IMG/VR virus record: IMGVR_UViG_3300009431_000003
Source: a virus
Strand: one strand, 5' to 3'
DNA: 64,000 bases
Part shown: in pieces, positions 18,918-29,266 of the stretch
Position numbering within the stretch: the stretch's first letter is position 1
How the letters are laid out: every line of letters starts with the position of its first letter
Position numbers and translations under genes: made by a program
The notes under the pieces: model-generated
Database searches by the model: none
Told to the model about the DNA's origin: nothing
Seen by the model: only the letters and a program-made list of their open reading frames with translations

Positions 18918-21398
18918 CTATGCCTCATAAGGATTATAGGTGGGTACCTCATCTGGAGAAGTTTCCTCTGCAAAGAAATTTGTCGGGCTACCGAATACAT
19001 TAGGTGCGCCAGGCATATCTTCAGGCACAAAATTAGTGGGCGAAAAGAACACAATAACATTGCCGGAAAACACATCCTCAGAAAAAAACTTCGTGCCGGC
19101 TCCGAATGTAGGAGCTGACGCACTCATCTCTTCTTTGTAGAATTGAGCAGAGTTATTAATATTATTAATGTTTCCATCAAATGTATCTTCCGCATAAAAC
19201 TGAGAAACAGGATTAAATGTACTAGGAAGAACATCTGCATTGTCCTCAAAATACATGGTTCCATGTTTATATCTTTTCACAACATCAGGAACCCATGGAG
19301 TAGCCCATGGGGCATCAAGATTTATCCCAAATTTATCCATACCTTCCTGCATATCTGCTACATTAATATCCTCCACAGCTATAGTCTGTCGTGTTTTGAC
19401 TTTATAGGTATATGCTCCACTATAATCATTTAATGAGTCTTTCCGATAAGCACTGGGAGCATCTACAGAACTAATTTTTAGCTTCTGTCCGTCTGACTGG
19501 ATCTCCCAGCCAAAACTTAAGGCTGTACGGGAAAGTTCCGCAGCATATTCTCCCCAAGAACCTAACTCAGCGACAAGCTTATTTACTCCATGAGAGGGAT
19601 CAAGTTGGGCATCTCCCCACATACGCCGAAGGAAATGTACACCAGTTGACCAAACTGATGACGTATTATTGATTTTCATAAATCCGGCGCCGGAGCTTAC
19701 TAACCCTCCATGCAAAAGAACTTCCAACAAGAACTGGTCGTCTAGCTCTCCTTGAGGAGTGTTCATCGCATCTTGGTAGGGGGTATAAAACTTAAGACTT
19801 TTTGCGGCTGCATTCTTAATGTCCGCTTCAGAACCCTCAATACCTTCCGGATCTGCTTTTGTAAGTGTCCAAGACATATCATAAATTGTCTCAAACATAC
19901 TTACGTCATACTCATCACTAATTTGTTTTAAATATTCTGCGTTGATTCCGTCAAAAGAACCAAGAGGTTTTCTGCCGGGATATTCATCATAATTGAATCT
20001 GATTGGCCCAAAAACTTGGGCCATTGTTCCTGGGTACCCAAAAAAGTTCTTCCCTATATCCAGGTTCCCGCTAGCCAATCGGGATATATTCGCAGGAATA
20101 ATGGAATGAAAGACTGAGGTAATCAATGATGATGTCCATATAGGCTGCATTAAGTCCTGAACTGTATAATCCTTTCCCTCAGCCCCTCCAACCAAGGAAG
20201 ATACAGCCCCAATTAATCCGGCGGCACTAGAATCCGAACTCATTACCGATTGTAAGGAATGGGACACCAACCCAAGATCAAGGTCTTCAAGAGAGTAGCC
20301 CCCTCTCGGCGCTCTATAATGCCTGCCGTATAAAACATTTTGTACCTGCTGATACAAAATATTATTAATGACTGCCGGATAATTTGCTAAGGCTCCCTTC
20401 GCCAAGCGCCACATCTGGTCAACATTAAACATGGATAAGAATCCGAGATTAGCCAACCCTCCTTCACTGTCATTATCCATTCCGAGAATTCCCTTACGAA
20501 CCTGGAAGGTAAGACTCTCATACTTATTTTGATATAGCTCACTCTCAAAATTAAAGCCCAAAGGTACATTGTAATGAGGAAACTCAGTCATCCGAACATC
20601 TTCAAGAGTATAATGATCAAGTACCAGCATCGTAAATGAAAAATCGACTTTATGCTGATGTACTGAAGTATGAACAATCTGGGTCCCGAGAAGAAATCCT
20701 TTTAACACTTCCTGATCAAATTCTAATACTACCCTAGCTCTTTGCTCCGCAACTCTTGTGCCTCGGAAAAATCCCTGGTAATTACTTAACCACTCAGCCT
20801 TCCAGGGAAAGTCCTCAGTATTTATTAGCGTGCCGGAAAACTCAAACAATCTGGATTTTTCTCCCATAAAAAAAGCAAAGTTCTCACCGAAAGTCTCAAG
20901 AACAGAAAACTTTTCCTCCATCCGTTCAACTACTTGCTGGATAATAAAATTTGAATAGGGAGATCCATGGCCTAAAGCAGCGCTGGTATTGGGTGTTTCA
21001 ATGATTCTTGTACCATCAGCAGACTCAATTGTCAGGAGAGTATAGGTATCCTCTTTAATTTGAATGCCTCGCATAGGGCGTCTCACATTATCATACCTGC
21101 CAGCAGTGACCAGTTTTCCTTTAATATAACCATACCCATGCTCTGTGACCTGATCTTCTGTAGTAAGCGTTTTGACGCGGGGAATATTCCGTTCCATCAT
21201 TACTGTCAGGACCTGGGCATTGAAGGTAGACTTAGAGGGAGAGCCCACATACGCTGCCGGGGCAGCAATACCAAAAGTACCGTAGGGGTTATATGCTTTA
21301 TCGCTGGAAAGAATTTCACTCACTGCCCCTGTGCCTGCTTTACTCATGGCATCGGAGCCACTGGGCTCACCGCCTCCAGAGAGTCCTGGTTCAGTCAT
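18918..21398 (-). CDS. Putative tail/baseplate (tube-initiator-like N-terminus) protein, 826 aa
   Basis: EKFSVLETFGENFAFFMGEKSRLFEFSGTLIN is a tube-like fold pattern common downstream of tape measure genes. Confidence 0.6.
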   Translation of the reverse strand: MTEPGLSGGGEPSGSDAMSKAGTGAVSEILSSDKAYNPYGTFGIAAPAAYVGSPSKSTFNAQVLTVMMERNIPRVKTLTTEDQVTEHGYGYIKGKLVTAGRYDNVRRPMRGIQIKEDTYTLLTIESADGTRIIETPNTSAALGHGSPYSNFIIQQVVERMEEKFSVLETFGENFAFFMGEKSRLFEFSGTLINTEDFPWKAEWLSNYQGFFRGTRVAEQRARVVLEFDQEVLKGFLLGTQIVHTSVHQHKVDFSFTMLVLDHYTLEDVRMTEFPHYNVPLGFNFESELYQNKYESLTFQVRKGILGMDNDSEGGLANLGFLSMFNVDQMWRLAKGALANYPAVINNILYQQVQNVLYGRHYRAPRGGYSLEDLDLGLVSHSLQSVMSSDSSAAGLIGAVSSLVGGAEGKDYTVQDLMQPIWTSSLITSVFHSIIPANISRLASGNLDIGKNFFGYPGTMAQVFGPIRFNYDEYPGRKPLGSFDGINAEYLKQISDEYDVSMFETIYDMSWTLTKADPEGIEGSEADIKNAAAKSLKFYTPYQDAMNTPQGELDDQFLLEVLLHGGLVSSGAGFMKINNTSSVWSTGVHFLRRMWGDAQLDPSHGVNKLVAELGSWGEYAAELSRTALSFGWEIQSDGQKLKISSVDAPSAYRKDSLNDYSGAYTYKVKTRQTIAVEDINVADMQEGMDKFGINLDAPWATPWVPDVVKRYKHGTMYFEDNADVLPSTFNPVSQFYAEDTFDGNINNINNSAQFYKEEMSASAPTFGAGTKFFSEDVFSGNVIVFFSPTNFVPEDMPGAPNVFGSPTNFFAEETSPDEVPTYNPYEA

Positions 21399-21616
21399 TA
21401 TACGCTACTCCCTATATTGTTTTGTACAAGCTGCAGCTTGAGAGCTCTTCGTACTGGTTTATACAAATCAGCTTCCCGCATAGCCACTTCAGTAGCTACA
21501 GCCCTTGACCCGTGCTCAATTAAAGTATCAGGCAAAATACCTTCAAAGTACAAAATACTGTAACGGGTACCTGTTGTACGTAAAGTAAAATCTTTCTTTA
21601 ATTTATCACCGCGCAT
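21398..21616 (-). CDS. Hypothetical protein, 72 aa
   Basis: Fills the gap between the tape measure gene and the 826-aa gene, same strand. Confidence 0.6.
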   Translation of the reverse strand: MRGDKLKKDFTLRTTGTRYSILYFEGILPDTLIEHGSRAVATEVAMREADLYKPVRRALKLQLVQNNIGSSV

Positions 21617-21617
21617 A

Positions 21618-24600
21618 TTATTCTTCTCCTGATGCTGTTTGGTAAGGTACCCCAGCCACTGCCGCAGACAAAATCTCCGGCAACTGTTTAGTAAAAGAAG
21701 TTAAAGCTTCTGTCTGGGCCACTATTTTTTCTATTATAACCTTAGAATTTGCAACTTCCTCTCCTTGAAGTTTAATCAGCTCTGCGGAAACTTCCGTGTC
21801 TTCCTTACCTGTACTAGTCTCCTTTCTAACACCTTCTCTTGCCCCTTCAGTTGCCAATAACTCCATTTGCCTCTCAAGTTCTTTATAGGTATCATCAGAA
21901 AGCTTACCTAATTTCTGCGTATCTGCCAAAACTTTCTTCTTCAATTTCCTATCACGACCCATTATTGACTTGAATAAATTTGATGCCATAGAACTACCAG
22001 AGCCAAGCTCTCTCAATTCTTCAATCGTTATATCCTTACCTCCGATACTCTCCTCAGACATAATATCTTCAAAATCTGCGAACCTCTCCTGGAAACCTGC
22101 TCTAAGTGCCGCTTTGGTTTTCGCATCAAAAGCTTTACCTAAAGCAATTGCATCTGTTCGCGCCTGTCCAAATTTCCCGCCACGAGCTTGTACTTTCTCG
22201 ATGAGAGAAGCAACATCCTGTCGCTCCCCATACTTAAGTCTCATTCTTTTTTCTCCATACTTAAGTCTCATTCTTTTTTCTGTTGATATCTCCTTTATCA
22301 TGGCTGCTTTATTAGGGGCACCGGATATTCTCTCTAATTCCTCTACCGAGAACTTACCAAAAGCAGCAAAAGCATCAGGACCTAATTTTTCCATCTCATC
22401 ATCTCTGTCAGTTTGCCAATCTATTCCCCAATCATCCTTACCATATTTACTGGCAAAAGCGGAAAAACGCCTACTGTATTCCTGTCGGGCACTGGCAGCC
22501 TCTCCTACAGCCCCACGCCCAAGAGGAGTCTCAACTATTTTTCGAATATTATATGGATCCCCACCGCGCATAGGAAAATCTTCATCAGAACGCAGCATTG
22601 CATCATACTCATTCTGTACTCTGGCATCATAATCAGTTATTTCAGAAAGGCCCTGTCTGCGAGTAATAGATCTTTCAAGGTCCCCAATTTCATTATCAAC
22701 CATTCCCCGTTCTGGGTCATCATAAGCAAGCTTATCTCGCTTTTCTTTCAGGCCAGTAATAACTTCCTGTATGTTTGTCACATCTTTATCAGTAAGATCA
22801 GAAAAAACTCCACTATCGTCCGACTTTCCAATAATAGAAGTCATTCGAGCTATACGCCTTTTAAGTTTTTTCTTTTTTCCTGCATTCTTAGTTTTATCAT
22901 ATTGCTGCTTAAGGGCACCAAGGTCAGTAATATACTGTCTTAGCCTTGTCCCTCGCCTCTCTACACCCCTTGGATCAAACCTTCGCATATACCCACCAAA
23001 TGCCGTGAGTCTCTCCTCGTGAGTCATCTTCCGTAATTCCGGATGCACTCCTTTAACTCCCTCTTTTTCTCTTCCCTGAGATTCAAGGTACCATCGACCA
23101 AAATTTTCTACAGCACTTGGGTCTCCTGCTAAAAGAGCATCCACATCCGCTCCTTCTCCTCTAGCCAGCCCTCTCCTCCGTTCTTCAAGCCCAGCTACCT
23201 CACCGATAGTACCTTTAGTTATTGGAAACACTCCTTCTGCTTCCGGGTCAAATGCTCCAATGCTGGATATGCCAGCTTCACCTATTAAAGGTTTCCTTAT
23301 ATTTGTAAACCTTCCACGAAAACGAGCAGCTTCAGCAGACATAGTAATAGGCGTGCCCGGATCGCCAATCATCTCACTGCGGTCAAAATCTGCAATTGCC
23401 CGATTAAAAGAATCATCCCAGGTTGTTTTGCCTCCACCTTTACCAACACTGCCTTTTTGGTATGCCAGATTTGCACCTATATCACGAAAGTATGTTCTCA
23501 GATCTCCCCAGCCCTCTCGCCAAACTTTCTTCATCCCAGCCCATACATCCTGCCCTTCTTCTCTACGCCTTCTTACATTCTCTTCCGCCTGTTTACGTAA
23601 TGAAGCATACTGAGACTCAACCACATCTCTTTGAGCCCCAGGAGTCTGCTGAACCATTTGAGACATTAATAATGCTTGTCTACGATCCATACCGCCCACT
23701 CTCATAAAAAAAGCGGAAGCAGCCTCTCCTCTACTTTTGCCTCTATAAGAGTCCCCATACCTATCTTGGAAAGTCTTAGAGAAGATTGATCCCCAACCAA
23801 GGCCCCCTAATTGACTGCCGGCCTCTGCAGAAAGTTGTTGTTTATTTAAAAGAAAAGATTCTCTACCAGCCCAGTCCAGTTCTTTATATTTATCTTCTCC
23901 CATACCCCTAAGATCATCAAAGGAAAGCTGACCGGAAATAGCTTGCTGTATCATCTCCTGATCGAGGGCTCCAGTATACCTACCCCTGGAAACTTTACCA
24001 AAAGCCTTAGCAAAAACACCTCGGCTAAGCAACTTCCGTCCAAACCTAGATTGGGCTATACGGTGTCCAGCTTGTTGTGACAATATCGAAGCCTGGGCCA
24101 TCCCCTCTACTCCTCCTATACCAACACCGGCCTGTAACATCCCTTCAGAGAGGCCACCACCGCGATACATCTGATTAACTAGATTAATCTCTCTACCTGC
24201 CCCGGTATACCCTGAAACCTTAGCCCCTCCTAAACCATACCCCATCGCCCCACCCTCTTGTTGTAAGCTATGGAGCTGGTTTACAGTTAATCCTGTAGCA
24301 TCTGCAGTTGCTCTCAATCCTTGAGCGACTCCCCGAGCCGCCCGCGGATTAATTCCCATTCGATTTAAAGACGCAACCATCTTCTGAGCATTTTTAAAGG
24401 TGGCGCCAAGCACCTCAGAGACTTCTATAGTTCCTTCAACAGCCTCTTTAAATCTTTTGGAAAACTCCTTGGCACCACGAACTCCCTGCATCAATCCCAT
24501 TCGATCAAAGTTTTTTAGAGAATCAAGAGCTTTACCTACTTCGCCACCAAACTCTTTTAGGGTAGATAATTCTCTAATTGTTTTATATATCTGATTCTTA

Positions 24601-25073
24601 TCAGCCTGAGAAAATCCCTGTGCTCCGCCAGCTCCACCAAATTTTCCTCCCGCCTGACTCAAATACCTATTTGTATTAAAATAATCTTGAGCCCCTTGGT
24701 ACACATTCTTCCCAGCAAATTCAGCTCCCATCATTCCTGCCGTAGCTGGGATCATACCACCAAACATAGCAACCCTTCCTGCCATCCCTAAAGCCCCACC
24801 AACTTTACCATAGTTGCCGTATTTTAAAGATCCTGCCATGAGACCTAACATTCCCATATTAGTTGCTTTGGAAACTCCACTGCCTACTCCGCCAGCCATA
24901 GACCACATACCAGCGGCATTCTCCATAGGATCTTGGGAGAAAACACTTCCACCCATACTGAGATTTGATGATCCCACTATTTGTTGAGTAAGCATTTGAG
25001 ATTGGGCATTAGTCATCATTGTAGCTTGACGGTGTGTACCCATCATTTGAGTAATCTGTGTGGATGTAAACAT
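21618..25073 (-). CDS. Tape measure protein, 1151 aa
   Basis: Long Gly/Ala/Met-rich helical protein with hydrophobic N-terminal segments, upstream of hub genes; GGAGG RBS. Confidence 0.8.
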   Translation of the reverse strand: MFTSTQITQMMGTHRQATMMTNAQSQMLTQQIVGSSNLSMGGSVFSQDPMENAAGMWSMAGGVGSGVSKATNMGMLGLMAGSLKYGNYGKVGGALGMAGRVAMFGGMIPATAGMMGAEFAGKNVYQGAQDYFNTNRYLSQAGGKFGGAGGAQGFSQADKNQIYKTIRELSTLKEFGGEVGKALDSLKNFDRMGLMQGVRGAKEFSKRFKEAVEGTIEVSEVLGATFKNAQKMVASLNRMGINPRAARGVAQGLRATADATGLTVNQLHSLQQEGGAMGYGLGGAKVSGYTGAGREINLVNQMYRGGGLSEGMLQAGVGIGGVEGMAQASILSQQAGHRIAQSRFGRKLLSRGVFAKAFGKVSRGRYTGALDQEMIQQAISGQLSFDDLRGMGEDKYKELDWAGRESFLLNKQQLSAEAGSQLGGLGWGSIFSKTFQDRYGDSYRGKSRGEAASAFFMRVGGMDRRQALLMSQMVQQTPGAQRDVVESQYASLRKQAEENVRRRREEGQDVWAGMKKVWREGWGDLRTYFRDIGANLAYQKGSVGKGGGKTTWDDSFNRAIADFDRSEMIGDPGTPITMSAEAARFRGRFTNIRKPLIGEAGISSIGAFDPEAEGVFPITKGTIGEVAGLEERRRGLARGEGADVDALLAGDPSAVENFGRWYLESQGREKEGVKGVHPELRKMTHEERLTAFGGYMRRFDPRGVERRGTRLRQYITDLGALKQQYDKTKNAGKKKKLKRRIARMTSIIGKSDDSGVFSDLTDKDVTNIQEVITGLKEKRDKLAYDDPERGMVDNEIGDLERSITRRQGLSEITDYDARVQNEYDAMLRSDEDFPMRGGDPYNIRKIVETPLGRGAVGEAASARQEYSRRFSAFASKYGKDDWGIDWQTDRDDEMEKLGPDAFAAFGKFSVEELERISGAPNKAAMIKEISTEKRMRLKYGEKRMRLKYGERQDVASLIEKVQARGGKFGQARTDAIALGKAFDAKTKAALRAGFQERFADFEDIMSEESIGGKDITIEELRELGSGSSMASNLFKSIMGRDRKLKKKVLADTQKLGKLSDDTYKELERQMELLATEGAREGVRKETSTGKEDTEVSAELIKLQGEEVANSKVIIEKIVAQTEALTSFTKQLPEILSAAVAGVPYQTASGEE
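22228..22281. repeat. Perfect 27-bp tandem duplication (KRMRLKYGE x2) in the tape measure gene
   Basis: ccatacttaagtctcattcttttttct x2. Confidence 0.95.
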
Positions 25074-25175
25074 TGAGCCTCCAATATAGGACTCTTAACA
25101 AGATACCCGAAAACAGAAAGAAAATACAACATAAGAGTACTGAGAGACAGATAATTTATATAAAAAGGAGAAAAA

Positions 25176-25436
25176 ATGATTGAATCTATTGCAGCCGGGG
25201 CCTTAATTCTTGCTAAAGTAACGGCCCCAATCGGGACTGCCCTGGGAGGCGCTACCCTAATTGACATAGGATGGCGAAACGGGACCAAATGTGAACGGTC
25301 CAGGGAGGGGGTGTTCGTACGGTGGGAAGGGAGCAAAAAGCCTCCATTCTCATTAATAAAAATAGCTAAAGCAAGTATGAAAGGCGTCCCCGAAAAAAAT
25401 AAAGGAAAGATCATACAGCTCGATGTAACCTACTAG
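25176..25436 (+). CDS. Small hypothetical protein with hydrophobic N-terminus, 86 aa
   Basis: AAGGAG RBS; followed by a terminator. Confidence 0.75.
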   Translation: MIESIAAGALILAKVTAPIGTALGGATLIDIGWRNGTKCERSREGVFVRWEGSKKPPFSLIKIAKASMKGVPEKNKGKIIQLDVTY

Positions 25437-25443
25437 CCTTTTT

Positions 25444-25467
25444 AACCGGGGAATCCCCCGGTTTTTT
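25444..25467 (+). terminator. Rho-independent terminator
   Basis: AACCGGGG-aatc-CCCCGGTT stem followed by a T run, just after the 25436 stop. Confidence 0.8.
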
Positions 25468-25614
25468 ACCTGAAAACTTTAAAGAAAGCACCCAAAAGAG
25501 AAATGCCTCTAGGAGTATTTGAATTGCAGATACGATTAGAGAGCCGAGAGGGTTTGCAGCAGGATGAGGGACGTGCTCCGAAGAAGCCTGCGAAGCGCCA
25601 GCACGAAGGCCAAC

Positions 25615-25827
25615 TCAATTTTTATTGATGATTTCATTTATTTGCCAAGCAATATAAGTTTTAACGATGGACCGCTCAAAACGGTTCATAGTATCCTGAT
25701 TTTCGGCCTGCATAAACCAACCATTAAACTTAGAAAATAATTTATCTACCAATATCTTCCTCTCTTCCGCAGTTTTAGGTGGAGAATTTGCAATATCAGC
25801 CAAAATAGTATTGATAGTATTATTCAT
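25615..25827 (-). CDS. Hypothetical protein, 70 aa
   Basis: Overlaps the upstream stop; helical sequence. Confidence 0.65.
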   Translation of the reverse strand: MNNTINTILADIANSPPKTAEERKILVDKLFSKFNGWFMQAENQDTMNRFERSIVKTYIAWQINEIINKN

Positions 25828-26185
25828 TTTCCATCTTTTGTAGGTTAGGTAAATTAAATTTTTTTATCAATAGACTGATCGCTGCTTCTTCTGAAGACCC
25901 TTCAGGAAGCAGTCCAAGGTGCTCTATCTTTACAGTTCTCCCATTTAATTGGCTGGCAATTACATAACCAGTAAAGCTGGTACCGTGACCAAGATCTACA
26001 AAGTATTGTGTCTCAGCAAGGATACGGTCTACTTCCTTTCTGAGTATTCTATTTACAAACTTATTTACAGAATATTCAGAAAGCTTTGCCGCTCTTGTAA
26101 TTTTCCCTTTAAAAGAAGGATGTACACGTATCCGTAATGAAGTTCTTTTATCCATAGCCACCACTATCACATAGAAAGGGGACAT
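25820..26185 (-). CDS. Ribbon-helix-helix (HicB/CopG-like) DNA-binding protein; likely start MDKRTS at ~26155
   Basis: RTSLRIRVHPSFKGKITRAAKLSEYSVNKFVNRIL. Confidence 0.65.
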   Translation of the reverse strand: MSPFYVIVVAMDKRTSLRIRVHPSFKGKITRAAKLSEYSVNKFVNRILRKEVDRILAETQYFVDLGHGTSFTGYVIASQLNGRTVKIEHLGLLPEGSSEEAAISLLIKKFNLPNLQKMENE

Positions 26186-26191
26186 AAGTCA

Positions 26192-27508
26192 ATGAAAGCC
26201 GCAAAAATTAAAATGATACAAGTACGTAACGGAGGAAAGCACCGTATCTGGAACGCCTCCATAAAAGATAACACAGTATGTTCGACTTGGGGCCGGCACA
26301 AGGGAAAAGCACAAACTACTACAGTAGAATACCAAACTTTGAATAAAGGAAAGAAGAACGAAAAATCCCCAGAGAGAGTTGCAGAGGAAGACTTCGCAAG
26401 AAAAGTAAAGCTCAAAATGAGAGAAGGCTTTGTAGAGTGGGACGGAGAAAATACCCCAGAGATATTATCTGCAATTGATCCAAGAGCGCCTCTGCCAGAG
26501 AGCACTCGATTTTGGAAGCCTCAGAATACCTTAAACAAGACAATGATACGCGCAACAGAACATACTGATAGTGTTGTGTACGTACGAAAACGGGAGGGAG
26601 AAGCCTTTTTTATTCAAGCTCTTGGGAATCGCAAATATATTATGTATTCCAGGACAATGCAGCAAACTTTTAAAGATGAGCCCAACATTCCCTGGCTCAC
26701 ACGGTTCCCGTATCTCCATATGGCACTTGAGCAAATCGATCTATGCGCTGGTTCTATTTTCGGTATTGAACTAATAGCCTCCAACAAACAAGACAAAGAT
26801 AACTTTACGCTCCTATCTAAAATTACTTCTTCTTTAACCAAAGAAGCACTAAAAATACAAAAGGAGCATAGCTGGCCTATAAGGGCATATGTCTGGGGAG
26901 TAATGTACCTTAGCGGTCAGTTGCCTGAAATGGATATGATTTCTTTGACACTACAACTAGAAGATATGTTCTCTGCAGATAGTACAGGGGTTCTACTACC
27001 ACCTGAAATACACAGATTTGACTCAACTGAGGTTGCCTTAGACAAAGCTGAAGTATTCAAATATGAAGGGTGGGTTGTTCATGATCTTCGGAAAGATTTG
27101 GGAAATAAACTCTATACATTAACCGGAAAAACCCCAAGGCCCTCTTCTATAGCCAAATTGAAGCCGGAGGGGGAAGATGACTTTATTATTATGTGGGACC
27201 CGGAAAAGAAAGTAGGGACCTATGGAACAGGGAAAAATAAATCTTTGCCTGGATCTGTAGGACTATTCCAATATAATACCCAAGGAGCATTAGTCTATCT
27301 AGGTAATTGTGGTAATTTTACTGATGCTATGAGAAAAAAACTAGGAGACAGAAAACTATACCCATTTGTTTGGAAGGTGCGGTACAAAGAAAGGAAATAC
27401 AAAGCAAATGGAAATCCTAATAACTCAGTAATACAGCCTAAGTATGACAGCGTTAGAAAAGATAAGGCTCCAGAAGAGTGCCTCAACGACCTACTAGATA
27501 TATTATAG
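26192..27508 (+). CDS. ATP-dependent DNA ligase with N-terminal WGR-like domain
   Basis: TWGR motif; motif I VRKREGE, III GIEL, IV YEGWVV, V AKLKP; C-terminal OB fold (QPKYDSVRKDK). Confidence 0.85.
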   Translation: MKAAKIKMIQVRNGGKHRIWNASIKDNTVCSTWGRHKGKAQTTTVEYQTLNKGKKNEKSPERVAEEDFARKVKLKMREGFVEWDGENTPEILSAIDPRAPLPESTRFWKPQNTLNKTMIRATEHTDSVVYVRKREGEAFFIQALGNRKYIMYSRTMQQTFKDEPNIPWLTRFPYLHMALEQIDLCAGSIFGIELIASNKQDKDNFTLLSKITSSLTKEALKIQKEHSWPIRAYVWGVMYLSGQLPEMDMISLTLQLEDMFSADSTGVLLPPEIHRFDSTEVALDKAEVFKYEGWVVHDLRKDLGNKLYTLTGKTPRPSSIAKLKPEGEDDFIIMWDPEKKVGTYGTGKNKSLPGSVGLFQYNTQGALVYLGNCGNFTDAMRKKLGDRKLYPFVWKVRYKERKYKANGNPNNSVIQPKYDSVRKDKAPEECLNDLLDIL

Positions 27509-27694
27509 TACTGGTTTTTCCGCTAAACATTTTGCACATTTATAAACCCCGCCACCTTTTCCTAGTGGGAGGGGCCTGAAATACGCAGTACCGTGACATC
27601 CTGGAACTTTACAAGGGGCCGTCACAGGAATATTGAGGTCAGTTCTACTGGCCTCTGTCTTTTTCTTTACTCCTATTTTGTACACTTTTGTCAT
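27503..27694 (-). CDS. Small Zn-ribbon protein, 63 aa
   Basis: CKVPGC...CAKC; GGAG RBS. Confidence 0.65.
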   Translation of the reverse strand: MTKVYKIGVKKKTEASRTDLNIPVTAPCKVPGCHGTAYFRPLPLGKGGGVYKCAKCLAEKPVL

Positions 27695-28280
27695 GTGGAA
27701 TAACTCCTCCTTTTAAATTGCTAAACTCAAACCGACTCTCTGGCCTTTTTTGAGTTCCCTTTTTATTTGCTTTATTTATGTCTATTCCTGCTTTAATAGG
27801 TACAACCTTATTCTCTTCTTTATGAAAGCTATGCAAGAAGTCGCACATAATTCTTGTAGCATGATACATTTCATACTTTTGGTGTAGAAGAGCTTCCGCA
27901 TTAAAAAACATAGGAGAAGCTTCTTCATTATCTGTACGGACCAGAAGGCTCAACAAGTCTACTTTAGCTTTAGACGTTAAAGGAACAACGTCTAGCTGAT
28001 TAAGTAAAAGAATATGAAGCAGATTTACTCGCTTTCCAAGCTCCCCCACTACCTGGAAGTATATATAATCTCGAACAGAGCTTTCTATAATAAGGCCACT
28101 GATTTCCCGGACCTTTGTCAGGAGTCCTCTTTTTACGAGTTTCTTCTGATCGTCCTGTGTCCCATTTAGTGCTTGTAATACTCCACTAAGCTGCATTGCT
28201 ACTGTTCTGGAAAAAGACTCCATTCCTTTAACTGCTTTTTCAAGAAGACCTATTCGAGTAGTATCATTGAGTTTCTTCAT
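27645..28280 (-). CDS. Hypothetical protein, 211 aa
   Basis: ATGA-coupled to the upstream gene. Confidence 0.7.
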   Translation of the reverse strand: MKKLNDTTRIGLLEKAVKGMESFSRTVAMQLSGVLQALNGTQDDQKKLVKRGLLTKVREISGLIIESSVRDYIYFQVVGELGKRVNLLHILLLNQLDVVPLTSKAKVDLLSLLVRTDNEEASPMFFNAEALLHQKYEMYHATRIMCDFLHSFHKEENKVVPIKAGIDINKANKKGTQKRPESRFEFSNLKGGVIPHDKSVQNRSKEKDRGQ

Positions 28281-28654
28281 TTGCTTCCCTTCTTATGCTG
28301 CTTCTTAGAACTCTCCACAATTTGTAAGGACTCATCCATCCTTTTTAATTCCTCCTTCAGATCTGCAATACTCTTTTCAATATCAGCACCTACATCCGCA
28401 ATAACTTCAGCAGGTACTTCCCCTCCTAACTCCTCTGGAGCAGGAACCACCTTATCTGCAGGCCCTGCATCCGTAGGCAAACATAGCTCAATCTCCTTTA
28501 TAATGTCCTCCCAAACAGCAATCTTCAATTGTTTTTTGGTATATACTTCTCTTACTTCACCAAATGTTGGCATTCTTTCCTCCATAAGAAGTAGGCAGCA
28601 ATGGGAATCTGTCGTCCGGAGAAAATCCCACGATAATGGCGACACCCGCCGCAC
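28277..28654 (-). CDS. Hypothetical acidic protein (likely start at MEERMPT/MPTFGEV)
   Basis: ORF track; same-strand run. Confidence 0.65.
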   Translation of the reverse strand: MRRVSPLSWDFLRTTDSHCCLLLMEERMPTFGEVREVYTKKQLKIAVWEDIIKEIELCLPTDAGPADKVVPAPEELGGEVPAEVIADVGADIEKSIADLKEELKRMDESLQIVESSKKQHKKGSK

Positions 28655-28665
28655 TGCAGTTACTT

Positions 28666-28965
28666 TTAGATTACTCTTACATGCCCTGCGCCTATATCAC
28701 TGCGCTTTTCAACAGGAAGCCCGAGTATCTTCAAAGAATTATTTTCCCACGATGTATTAAATTGTTTTTCCAACTCTTCAAAAGAATCAAAGGGTTCTTG
28801 TATGCCTGCACCAGATAAGATAAGATTTAACACGGCGGCTTTTGAAGATTCTGTATCAGCAACCAAAATACCTACAGGATTAATCTTTTGCACCTCAAGC
28901 AGCCTTCTCTGCTCAATAATATTCTCGACAGAAAGGGGAAGTAAATAGACATTCTTAGCCTCCAC
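28666..28965 (-). CDS. Hypothetical protein, 99 aa
   Basis: ORF track; KILGLPVEKRSDI motif. Confidence 0.65.
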   Translation of the reverse strand: MEAKNVYLLPLSVENIIEQRRLLEVQKINPVGILVADTESSKAAVLNLILSGAGIQEPFDSFEELEKQFNTSWENNSLKILGLPVEKRSDIGAGHVRVI

Positions 28966-29266
28966 TTTTTGAGTTTAAAGATATCTGCATATTCTCTATC
29001 TTCCCAACAGGCACTTCTATTCTAGGGCTGACGCATGGAGGCTCCAACTCTATAATCTTAACCAATTTAACTCGCCCAGAAGTAATGCCCTCACGATCTT
29101 GATCATTAAATCCTTCCCATATTAAATCCGCTTTATTCCGTATAGGCTGAATGAGCGCGTCATCCACTTTTGTAGTTTCTAGGCAATTGATTGCCAACTT
29201 TAATACTAGGTACTTACTTTCGTCCATAATCTTTCTCCTTATGCGTTTAGGAAATTCTTCATACAC
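28955..29266 (-). CDS. Hypothetical protein (likely start MDESKY)
   Basis: AGGAG RBS before the internal ATG. Confidence 0.6.
   Translation of the reverse strand: MYEEFPKRIRRKIMDESKYLVLKLAINCLETTKVDDALIQPIRNKADLIWEGFNDQDREGITSGRVKLVKIIELEPPCVSPRIEVPVGKIENMQISLNSKSGG

Noticed and set aside
25503-25628. 41-aa plus-strand ORF MPLGVFELQ...
   Set aside because: It lies downstream of a terminator with only a weak RBS; possible but unsupported.
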